A stretch of 63,841 nt of DNA, counting the filler, from Octopus bimaculoides (lineage: Eukaryota): NCBI RefSeq assembly GCF_001194135.2. It is 6 parts of 6 records of this genome, joined end to end, with 100 filler letters (N's around TTAATTAATTAA, not from the genome) between each part and the next. Parts side by side here need not be neighbours in the genome. Positions count along the whole stretch, not along the records: positions 34,686 to 58,399 come from NC_069004.1; positions 58,500 to 60,808 come from NC_068990.1; positions 60,909 to 63,841 come from NC_069010.1; 3 more parts are not named here. One strand, 5' to 3'. Shown in pieces: positions 52,311-63,399 of the stretch. Every line of letters starts with the position of its first letter. Position 1 is the first letter of the stretch. Position numbers and translations under genes: made by a program. The notes beneath the pieces were generated by a model. It saw nothing but the letters and a program-made list of their open reading frames with translations. It searched no databases and was not told where the DNA came from.

Positions 52311-52859
52311 TACCCTGTATTCCTGTTGTTCTAACGGCACTTCTGCGTTCGAAAAAAAATATCCTCTTATTTGTATCGTACAATATAAATATATTTCCAA
52401 TGAGTTTCTGGTAATTAGTTTGGAAAAACAAATCTCCATAAAATATAATCTATCTTTCTAGATCTCCACTGCCTCATCTTCAGGCTCAAGAGATATTACA
52501 TTTTTTTTTTTGTCGTTTAGCAGTAGGAGACACAAGTAATATCGATTAGTGCTGACATTTACGACAATATTTCAATTTTTGAACGACAGACTACTACGTC
52601 AGACTACTACGTCCCTGAGAAGGTTGTGGGGGTAGGGTCCTCCTTCTTGGTCTACCCATGGGTCTCCTACCAGTTGGCTGGGTTTGAAGTATCCGTCATG
52701 TGACTCTTTCCGGCGACAATCTAACTGGTGGGGGGGGGGATTTTATTTTTGGGGGTGTTGCCCAAAATTTACGAAAAAAATACTATATAATGTGGGGATC
52801 GCAATTCGTAACAAATGGACCCATTTTTGTCTTCTAACTTTGTTGTAGCAGACCACATG

Positions 52860-53215
52860 CAAATGAAAGAGTAATGCTGTGAAACTGATGGAAATAAATC
52901 TAGGTCCCGATTTATTTGATGTCGGTTCGGCTAGAAAGGGTGTTGCCAGGGCAACTGGGGTAACACTTCTGCATCCGCCATTGATCTAATTACATGACAG
53001 ACGTGTCGGCTCCGTGACCATTCATTTGTGGAAAAGTAACTACTCGACCTGGCGAGATTCTCTGATCACCAAGCTACGCATTCCTGTCCAGTGACATTAC
53101 TTCAGTGACTCTTCGCAGAAACGCCATTCCGGTTGTTCGTATTCGCAATCGCACCTGTTCGGCCAGTACCCCACATTCATGACCAGGTGTGTAGTATGAA
53201 CGCTGGAGTACGAAG
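52860..53215 (-). mobile_element. RTE LINE relic
   Basis: PGHECGVLAEQVRLRIRTTGMAFLRRVTEV resembles the 5975-6100 fragment. Confidence 0.6.
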
Positions 53216-53276
53216 AAACGCGCATTAAAGAAATGGACAAAAAAACGACAACATTAGCAAGCGGATAAGCAGCAGC

Positions 53277-53356
<80 letters not shown>

Positions 53357-53396
53357 CAGCAGCAGCAGCAATGCTAGTGATGCGTCTTACCTTTAA

Positions 53397-53576
53397 ACTT
53401 CAGACGAATCAAACAATCCGTCGGCACCACCAGCCACCAGATACCACAATGCAAACGTACATCCGGTTGGCCGTATCGTTGTTGTTGTTGTTGTTGTTTT
53501 GCTGTTGTTACTTCAGACGAATCAAACAATCCGTCGGCACCACCAGCCACCAGATACCACAATGCAAACGTACATC
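53397..53576 (+). repeat. ~67-bp direct duplication (period 113) next to a gap
   Basis: ACTTCAGACGAATCAAACAATCC..AAACGTACATC at 53397 and 53510. Confidence 0.9.
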
Positions 53577-54998
53577 NNNNNNNNNNNNNNNNNNNNNNNN
53601 NNNNNNNNNNNNNNNNNNNNNNNNNNNNNNNNNNNNNNNNNNNNNNNNNNNNNNNNNNNNNNNNNNNNNNNNNNNNNNNNNNNNNNNNNNNNNNNNNNNN
53701 NNNNNNNNNNNNNNNNNNNNNNNNNNNNNNNNNNNNNNNNNNNNNNNNNNNNNNNNNNNNNNNNNNNNNNNNNNNNNNNNNNNNNNNNNNNNNNNNNNNN
53801 NNNNNNNNNNNNNNNNNNNNNNNNNNNNNNNNNNNNNNNNNNNNNNNNNNNNNNNNNNNNNNNNNNNNNNNNNNNNNNNNNNNNNNNNNNNNNNNNNNNN
53901 NNNNNNNNNNNNNNNNNNNNNNNNNNNNNNNNNNNNNNNNNNNNNNNNNNNNNNNNNNNNNNNNNNNNNNNNNNNNNNNNNNNNNNNNNNNNNNNNNNNN
54001 NNNNNNNNNNNNNNNNNNNNNNNNNNNNNNNNNNNNNNNNNNNNNNNNNNNNNNNNNNNNNNNNNNNNNNNNNNNNNNNNNNNNNNNNNNNNNNNNNNNN
54101 NNNNNNNNNNNNNNNNNNNNNNNNNNNNNNNNTCGTCGTCATCATCATCAATATTATATACATTGTACTTTGAGCTTAATTGTCTGGTAAACTTAAAACT
54201 TAAGGATTTAGAGAAAAGCGGGAGGGGAAGAGAAAATAAATGAATAAATAAAAAAGAAAGAATTTAGGTATGATAAGAGATAACAACAATGCAAGAAAGG
54301 GGCAAAGATTAAACAGCAGCAACAACAACAACAACTGGAGTTGATGTAATCGACTTAATCCCTCTGTCTGTCCTTGTTTGTCCCCTCTATGTTTAGCCCC
54401 TTGTGGGTAATAAAGAAATATATACAAAACATACTTTACATAATCATCACCGGAAGGAAAATGACCTTTGGAAAGCAGCTCAAATGTGCTGGGAGCCAAT
54501 TTTTTTCGCTTGCATGCATCCGTGCATGCATACATAAATACATACATACATACATACATACATACATACGTACATACATACATACATACATACATACATA
54601 CATACATACATACATACAGACTTTTATCAAAAAGTAACGACAGATGCAATTTTGAGGAACGGGCCTTAAAAGCTGTCCAGTTTTTTTTTTTTTATAAAAG
54701 AGGTTCAATTTTTTTTTTTTTTTTGCAAATGTTGTAGACCAGCTTCTTTCTCTGAACTGAACCAACTAGCAGGACCTGGGATTTGGTTGTGGTGATACAC
54801 GGATAGACATGGATAACAATTTTACCCCTTCTCTCTCTCTCTCTTCCTCTCTCTCTTTCTCTTTCTCCTTCTCTGTCCTCTCTCCCTATCTGTCCTCTCT
54901 TTTTCTCGTCTTATTTTACGTTTGTGAGCATGTTTTTCCTTATGTTTATGAAAAGAGGGAACGTGTTTATGTCAACTGTGTTCAGTTAATTAATTGTA

Positions 54999-55039
<41 letters not shown>

Positions 55040-56249
55040 CCTCTTTCTCTTTCTCTCATTCTCTGTGTATATGGACATGTTTCTACGAGCGCGTGTGCAC
55101 GTGCGTATGTGCATGTTTGTATTTATACGTGCGTATGTGTATGTGTGTATGTTTGCTTCCAGTGCCAGAAAGTACTGTCGCCAAAGCAACACAGTATCTA
55201 TTCAGCCGCGCCAAAACAGCCAGCGTCAAAAGAACCGCGCCCAATCGCCTCAATTCGCTCATACATAGCTATCTCTGCTGCGTCAAGCGATGAGGCACAC
55301 ATGCTGCCACGCATCGTTGATAAAGAATTTGCAAGGCTCCGATTACTGAACTGATAGTCATGGCATGGCATAAACGCAAGGTAACTGAAGGAGGAAGGAC
55401 TTGCATACTATACAAATGTGTACGTGTGGTAAACAGTCGAGATAAGACACCGACCGGACAACCCAACTACCGCAGCACAGCGCAGAGAAAGACACCGAGG
55501 TTGTTCGGAATGTCTGTGTACGTGTCAGTCTGGAACGCATGTAAGAGATATCACTAATTACCGTAAAGAATGCATTTGTTAATAGATATTTAAGTGGTCA
55601 AGTATTTTGAATGGTCAAGTATTTTGAATGATGTCTTCATAAAGAGAATAAAAACGCGAAAATAATATTATAATTACAGGTTAAATATTATCATTAAAGA
55701 TCCTGTTCTCTTTTCATCGCCTTAACTGCTCGTAAATCTTTTTTTTTTTACAATGTATGTGTAAAATCATAAAGCCGTTAATAAAATATACAAGCACGCA
55801 CATACAAATACATAAACATGCATGTACATTACACAAACACACGCATACACGCGTGCACACACACATGTACACGTATGAAGATGTATGTTCGTGTGTGCGT
55901 GCGTGTGAACTTATAACTATTTAATAACAGTCAGATTCAGCTCAACCTGTTATTAAATACTTTCAAATGCAACTCCAATGTACTTAGGAGCAAATTTCTT
56001 TTCCTTGTTCACCGATTCTTACATACATACGTACATACATTCAGATACATACATATACACACAAACAGACGGACAGACAGACACGCTGACATACACAGAG
56101 GCATACGTACATACAGACATAGATGTAGACATGTACAGACATATATAAAGAGATGCATACATACACATACTTACATACAGACATGCATACATAGGTACTG
56201 ATAAACATATATACAGACACACAGACGTACATATACTTGTACATACACA

Positions 56250-56597
56250 CATATCAATCCTGAGAAATTAGGCTTCTCAAAACCAGAAGGGAGAAATCTG
56301 ATTCGAAGACTAGAGATCCAAGCCAACACTGGAACTGTAAAGATCTGTAAAACTTTCCAGAAGTTTATCATTTAAGTATATATGAGCATGCTTAGACATG
56401 CGAGTATATGCACGAGAAGACATGCATAAAACGAAACATACAAATCTGCACGTATAAATACATACATACATACATACATACACACAAAAATGCCCTGTTG
56501 TTGATGTTGAAATTCCAATTAGGAGCCTTGGATCTGGGTTAGAAACCGGTTCTTTCTCTATTGGCAAGAAATCTTGAAAAAAACTGAATAATGACAT
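56250..56597 (+). mobile_element. Family Y RLE LINE 3' end within (CATA)n-type DNA
   Basis: EKLGFSKPEGRNLIRRLEIQANTGTVKICKTFQKFII* plus 3' UTR ending in CATA repeats. Confidence 0.8.
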
Positions 56598-57035
56598 ACA
56601 CGCACACATACATACATACATAAATACATACATGCATACATAATACATACATACATACATACAGTTACAATTATATATAGCCCCTCCCCAAACCTGCTGA
56701 CCTTATGCCAAAATTTGAAACCAGTAGAGGTGTGTATACACTGATGTCATTATTCATCTTTCGTTCCTATTTCGTTTTGATGTTAAAATGATTTTCTCTT
56801 TTTCGACCGATATTTTGTTTTATTTCATTTACGTCAACCGTATGATTTGTGTTCTTGAACCTGTCATAACAAACGCTGTATTTTTCTTAATTTCAATCAT
56901 TTATTTAAACTTCAGCTGCTGACGAAGCGATGGACGGTTATTATATGAAACGTATTACATGTTCATTATGGAAACATATGTTCAACAGGAAAGTTATTTA
57001 AATAAATTCTTTTAAATGTTAAACACACAATTAAG

Positions 57036-57250
57036 ACTGCAAGCTGGCGCAGTCGTTAGCACGCTGGACAAAATGCTTAGCGGCGTTTCGTCCATCTTTA
57101 CGCTCTGAGTTCAAATCCCTCCGAAGCCGATTTTGTCTTTCATCCCATCGAGGTCGATAAAATAAGTAACGTTCGAGCACAGGCGTCGATTTAATTGACT
57201 GGACTTGGACCCTTTGCCCAACATTGCCGGCCTTGTGCCAAAAATCGAAA
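57036..57250 (+). mobile_element. SINE family B
   Basis: Head, core and tail motifs. Confidence 0.8.
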
Positions 57251-57274
57251 CCAATGCTACACATATATATATTC

Positions 57275-57652
57275 ATTATCTGTTTCAGTCATTTCATTGC
57301 GTCCATGCTGGAGCACCGCCATTGGTCGAACGAATCGACTCCAGGACTTATTCTTTGTAAGCCTAGTACTTATTCTATTGGTGTCTTTTGCCGAACCGTT
57401 AAGTTACGGGGACGTAAACACACCAGCATCGGTTCTCAAGCGATGGTGGGGGACACAAACAAACGCACGCACATACATACATACATACATATATACATAC
57501 ATATTCATATATANNNNNNNNNNNNNNNNNNNNNNNNNNNNNNNNNNNNNNNNNNNNNNNNNNNNNNNNNNNNNNNNNNNNNNNNNNNNNNNNNNNNNNN
57601 NNNNNNNNNNNNNNNNNNNNNNNNNNNNNNNNNNNNNNNNNNNNNNNNNNNN

Positions 57653-57686
<34 letters not shown>

Positions 57687-57790
57687 GACAGGCTTCTTTC
57701 AGTTTCCGTCTTCCAAATCAACTCACAAGACTTTGATCGGCCCGAGTTTATAGAAGACACTTGCCCAAAGTGACGCGCAGTAGGACAGAA
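57275..57790 (-). mobile_element. SINE family A (gap in internal microsatellite)
   Basis: Tail, core and partial head motifs. Confidence 0.8.
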
Positions 57791-58679
57791 CATGTCTCTC
57801 CATGTTCCTCTGAATCATGAGGGTGAGAAACAAACTTCTTGCCGCAGAGCCTTGCCTGCACCTGTATATATATGAAATGCAGGTAACAAAGATATAAAGT
57901 ACATGTAGGAAAGCATTCGACCTATTTCTGCAGTGCGCATGTGCACAGTTTTCACTGATTAGGCATGGCGTCAATATCTAAATGTGTGTATTATATATAC
58001 ATCTTATATTTATTTTGAATGAGTTTGATTAAACGAACGAAAACGCCAATAAAGAATTATCCAATATTCTGACTGCCGGTAATTTTCTTATACATACACA
58101 CACACACACACACACTCATATGTGTGTGTGTGTGTGTGTATGTGTGTGTGTGTGAGTGCGCGTGTGTATGTGTGTACGCATATATATATAGACAGACAGA
58201 CAGACAGTGAGCAGTTATCAAAACTATAAAGTACACTCAACAAAACATTCGACTTATTTCTGCAGTACACATGAACCCAAGATTCACTGACTGGGCATAG
58301 TGTCAATATCTAAGGATAGCGTGTGTGTATGTGTGTGTAAATATATACATATATATTTATATATGTATGTGTATATATATATATATATATGTGTGTATAN
58401 NNNNNNNNNNNNNNNNNNNNNNNNNNNNNNNNNNNNNNNNNNNTTAATTAATTAANNNNNNNNNNNNNNNNNNNNNNNNNNNNNNNNNNNNNNNNNNNNC
58501 CATTTATGGCTGTTTTTCATTTTCAATACATAAACATCTGCCGGCTTGTTTGTTTCTGCTCGCCCACCCCGCTCTGAATATATATTTTCAAGGATCCTGT
58601 CTTTCACATGCCAGAGAAAGGTTGCACAGGTTTACAAATTTCAAAATTTCAAATAGGTTTTAACATGTAGATGTTTTTA

Positions 58680-59069
58680 TTTCTCTTACTCTTGTTTCAG
58701 TCATTTTGACTGCGGTCAAGCTGGAGCACCGCCTTTAGTCGAGCAAATCAACCCCAGGACTTATTCTTTGTAAGCCTAGTAGTTATTCTATCGGTCCCTT
58801 TTGCCGAACCGCTATGTTACGGGGATGTAAACACACCAGCATCGGTTGTCAAGCAATGCTGGGACACACACACGCACACCAACATATATATATATACATA
58901 TACACAATCGGCTTCTTTCAGTTTCCGTCTACCAAATCCACTCACATGGTTTTGGTCGGCCCAGGGCTATAGTAGAAGACACTTGCCCGAGATACCATGC
59001 AGTGGGACTGAACACAGTACTGTGTGGTTGGGAAGCAAGCTTCTAACCACACAACCACATCTGCGCCTA
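58680..59069 (-). mobile_element. SINE family A, full length
   Basis: Ends CTGCGCCTA (reverse complement of the TAGGCGCAG head). Confidence 0.85.
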
Positions 59070-59094
59070 ACATTTAATAAGAAAATTTTCACTA

Positions 59095-59258
59095 TAGGCG
59101 CAGGAGTGGCTGTGTGGTAAGTAGCTTGCTTACCAACCACATGGTTATAGGTTCAGTCCCACCGTGTATCACCTTGGGTAAGTGTCTTCTACTATAGCCT
59201 TGGACCGACCAAAGCCTCGTGAGTGGATTTGGTAGACAGAAACTGAAAGAAGCCTGTC

Positions 59259-59315
<57 letters not shown>

Positions 59316-59486
59316 CGATGCTGGTGTGTCTATGTCCCCATCACCTAGCAGTTCGGCAAGAGAGACTGATAGAAGAAGTACTAGGCTTACAAAGGATAAG
59401 TCCTGGGGTCAGTTTCCTCAACTAATGGTGGTGCTCCAGCATGGCCGCAGTCAAATTACTGAAACAAATAAAAGAATAAAAGAATA
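59095..59486 (+). mobile_element. SINE family A, full length
   Basis: TAGGCGCAGGAGTGGCTGTGTGGTAAG head to CTGAAACAAATAAAAGAA tail. Confidence 0.9.
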
Positions 59487-59740
59487 ACTACCCTAGTTCC
59501 AATCCATGTGATTTCCTTTTACAGTCATGTAACAATACAACAGATGAAACTTAAAATAAACTGACCTTTTTCGAATGGCACCGAGGAAAGTCACATGTTT
59601 AACCATTTTGATTAGTATCCATGCATGCTTTAATAATTCCAATGGAAGGGGAAAATTCCTAGCATTGGCAGGACAAAACTGAATAAAGCAATGCATTTAG
59701 TTAGATGCTGTGTTATTTCTGTCATCTAAATGGGATGTTT

Positions 59741-59915
59741 TATTAACTATGGGGGTGTCCTATGAACTACAAGGGGGTCCTGTCAACCATATGGTTGTTC
59801 TGTTAATTACATAATTGTTTTGTTAACTCCATGGGTATTCTGTTAACTACAAAAGTGTCCTGTTCACTACAAGTGCATGCTGTTAACCCATACGGGTGTT
59901 CTGTTAGCCCACAGG
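59741..59915 (+). repeat. Degenerate 20-bp minisatellite (~9 units)
   Basis: Units at 59741, 59761 ... 59881, 59902; consensus ~TGTTAACTACAxGGGTGTCC. Confidence 0.85.
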
Positions 59916-60057
59916 TCTGAGCTTTGATGTTCCTGGGCCAGGAGCAAAGTCAAACATTGAAACAATTCCCTAATTTCTTCTTCCAGTCACAACGTGAAGG
60001 TCGGAAGCCCTTTGATCAAACTTGGTAGTCCTACATATTACAAGCACTTCACAACTA

Positions 60058-60438
60058 GTTGGCACTCAATCGGTTACGACGTCAAGGGTTCCAGTTGATC
60101 CGATCAATGGAACAGCCTGCTCGTGAAATTGACGTGCAAGTGGCTGAGCACTCCACAGACATGTGTACCCTTAACGTAGTTCTCGGGGGAGATTCAGCGT
60201 GACACAGCGTGACAAGGCTGACCCTTTGAATTACAGGTACAACAGAAACAGGAAGTAAGAGTGAGAGAAAGTTGTGGTGAAAGAGTACTGCAGGGTTCGC
60301 CACCACCCCCTGCCGGTGCCTCGTGGAGCTTTAGGTGTTTTCGCTCAATAAACACTCACAACACCCGGTCTGGGAATCGAATCCGCGATCCTATGACTGC
60401 AAGTCCACTGCCCTAACCACTGGGCCATTGCACCTCCA
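60058..60438 (-). mobile_element. SINE family C, full length with 13-bp TSD
   Basis: TSD CACTTCACAACTA at 60045-60057 and 60439-60451; tRNA A/B boxes. Confidence 0.9.
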
Positions 60439-60772
60439 CACTTCACAACTATATGTAGGTAAAAGAAAAACAACAACAAAAAAAAACTCTACTTGATTCA
60501 GAGAGCTTTCTAGAAATGGGAGAATGTGCAAAATGAAATGTTTTTATGGCATAGCTTTTAGTTCCAGTTTCCACACTGAAAAATTAAGAAACACATATTC
60601 CCTGGGATAAAACATGTTCTAGCTATAACCATCACCTCTGATTTTAGACATAGTATAACTTGGACACTGCACTATCCAATGTTCCCTCATATTTTTAATA
60701 AAAATCAAGTGAGGTGTAATCTGAAGGTAATATGGCCACTGTATCTCAAGCAAACACCATAAGCCACCTTGG

Positions 60773-60808
<36 letters not shown>

Positions 60809-60948
60809 NNNNNNNNNNNNNNNNNNNNNNNNNNNNNNNNNNNNNNNNNNNNTTAATTAATTAANNNNNNNNNNNNNNNNNNNNNNNNNNNNNNNNNNNN
60901 NNNNNNNNGGTGCGAGAAAATGGTTAAGCAATAATTAATTTACATAAG

Positions 60949-61329
60949 GTGGAAGTGCAATGGCCCAGTGGTTAGGGCAGCGGACTCGCGGTCGTAGGAT
61001 CGCGGTTTCGATTCCCAGACCGGGCGTTGTGAGTGTTTATTGAGCGAAAACACCTAAAGCCCCACAAGGCTCCGGCAGGAGATGGTGGCGAACCCTGCTG
61101 TACTCTTCCACCACAACTTTCTTTCACACTTACTTCCTGTTTCTGTTGTGCCTGTATTTCAAAGGGCCAGTCTTGTCACACTGTGTCACGCTGAATATCC
61201 CCGAGAACTACATTAAGGGGACACGTGTCTGTGGAGTGCTCAGCCACTTGCACGTTAATTTCACGAGCAGGCTGTTCCGTTGATCGAATCAACTAGAACC
61301 CTCGACGTCAGAAGCGACGGATTGCCAAC
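60949..61329 (+). mobile_element. SINE family C, full length with 12-bp TSD
   Basis: TSD AATTTACATAAG at 60937-60948 and 61330-61341. Confidence 0.9.
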
Positions 61330-61654
61330 AATTTACATAAGATAAGAAATAGATAATTCTTAAAATCCACATTCTCCTAATATAACAACAACTATAATAA
61401 TATTTACCGATGTCTGTTTGAAGAATCTGGTGTCCAAGAATTGATCCATTGGTGCTTGATGTTATATCGAGCTTCACCTCGCTTGCACTCTGTTTCTATC
61501 ATTCTGTCCTGGGACTCCTTGCTGCTGGGGAGAGAGTAATATTCAGTAAAACAGTTGGGTAATACAAACATACATATATATTCTTCTTCTTAGGTCCGCT
61601 GGTGCCTTTGAAATAGTGGATAATGACATGTAGAGCGATGGACAGAAATAGTGT

Positions 61655-61870
61655 TACTGAACATTAGCACACCGGGCTAAATGCTTAGCAGTATTTCGTC
61701 TGCTGTTATGTTCTGAGTTCAAATTCTGCAGAGGTCGACTTTGCCTTTCATCCTTTCGGGGTCGATAAATTAAGTACCAGTTATGCACTGGGGACAATGG
61801 AATCGATTTAATCCCTTTGTCTGTCCTTGTTTGTCCCCTCTATGTTTAGCCCCTTGTGGGCAATAAAAAA
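61655..61870 (+). mobile_element. SINE family B, alternative-tail subfamily
   Basis: Tail TCCCTTTGTCTGTCCTTGTTTGTCCCCTCTATGTTTAGCCCCTTGTGGG, also seen at 54355-54415. Confidence 0.8.
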
Positions 61871-62074
61871 AAGAAAAATAATAATAAGAAGAAGAAATAG
61901 CGGACATAAATACAGGGAGAGATTGACAGCGACATATAGCATGACAGACAGAGAGATAGACAGCAAGATAATGATGTAGACAGAAAGATGGACAGTATTT
62001 AATGGTCAGTGAGATAGAGGAACAAAGACATTGAGAAAGGACAGCAAGATAGGCTGAGAGGTGGACAGAGAAAT

Positions 62075-62350
62075 CATCATCATCGTTTAATGTCCGCTTT
62101 CCATGCTAGCATGGGTTGGACGATTTGACTGAGGACTGGTGAAACCAGATGGCAACACCAGGCTCCAATCTGATTTGGCAGAGTTTCTACAGCTGGATGC
62201 CCTTCCTAACGCCAACCACTCTGAGAGTGTAGTGGGTGCTTTTACGTGCTACCGGCACGAGGGCCAGTCAGGCGAGTACTGGCAACGGCCACGCTCGAAA
62301 TGGTGTATTTTACGTGCCACCCGCACAAGAGCCAGTCCATCGGCACTGGC
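62075..62350 (-). mobile_element. RTE-tailed SINE/LINE 3' end ending in (ATG)n
   Basis: GGAAGGGCATCCAGCTGTAGAAA and GCATGGAAAGCGGACATTAAACGATGATGATG. Confidence 0.65.
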
Positions 62351-62500
62351 AACAATCTCTCTCGGACAGAGAAATGGATAGAGAGATGAATAGAGTGATG
62401 AACAGATTATATATGGGTAGAGAGAAGGACGTATAGTGGACAGAAAGATATGTATCAACATCAAAAGGGACAGATGGTGGACAGGTAAAACTTCACCTAC

Positions 62501-63244
62501 CTGTATGCATCACACGGATCTTTATGAGGAAATCCAAGGGATTTATTCATTCTAACATGTACAGCTTGCTCCTCCTGCCCAAGAGTGTTCCACCATTGCC
62601 ACTGCTGTTGTTGTTTTTGCTGCTGCTGCTGCTGATAATTATGACCAGATGATTTATCCTTTTGTATGCTTACAGCTGTTTCGTTTCGCCTTGAGATGTC
62701 CCACCTCTTTTGTTGTTGCTGCTGCTGATCTTGATAGTTACAACTAAATGATTTGTTTTCTTGTACACATACAGCTGGCTCTTCCTGCTCTGAGGTGTTC
62801 CACCACTGCTGTAAACGTTTTTGTTGCTGTTGTTGATGTTGATAATGAGGAGAAGGTGGAGGATATTCTTGGGAGTAGTTGTCTTCCCTGGACGAAAACA
62901 GGCCCCTATTGACAGGATCTGCTTCAGAATCTGATTCCAAACCGGGACCCACATTTGGACCTGTTTGATGGGTGTGAGCTAACTGAGGAGAGAGCTGTAA
63001 GGACGGCTGCAACAGATGCTGGGAGGAAACAGGGAGGTGGAGATCAGCTAACTCCTCATCAGAGACAGAATTGTCACTGGGATATGGCGAGTAGGTCATT
63101 GAAGGAAGTGAGTCAAGAGTGTTCTGGGAGAAGCGAATGCCACCTTCCACCAGTTGCTGCTTACATCCTGAATCACATTCTGGAAGTAATGGAGAAAGTT
63201 CCAAGAGAAAGTTCCCACACAGTTCTTCTGTATTGTTGATGTCC
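62501..63244 (-). CDS. Large internal coding exon of an unidentified gene (low-complexity, Gln/Trp repeats)
   Basis: 744 nt open frame; acceptor tatttctctctctgtacacagcag| (NAGNAG, alternative start 63247) and donor AG|gtaggt; phase 2-2 is exactly consistent with the frame. Confidence 0.75.
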
Positions 63245-63399
63245 CTGCTGTGTACAGAGAGAGAAATAAGTCTCATTAACATCAAATTACTATTATTATT
63301 ATTATTATTATTATTATTATCATCATCATCTAACTCCTCCCCCAAAATGGCTGCTCTTGTGGTAAAATTTCAAACCATTATTACCATCATTATCATAAT

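Noticed and set aside
55161-55293. SRAKTASVKRT..LNSLIHSYLCC resembling GPCR ICL3/TM7
   Set aside because: No hydrophobic TM6 between the motifs.
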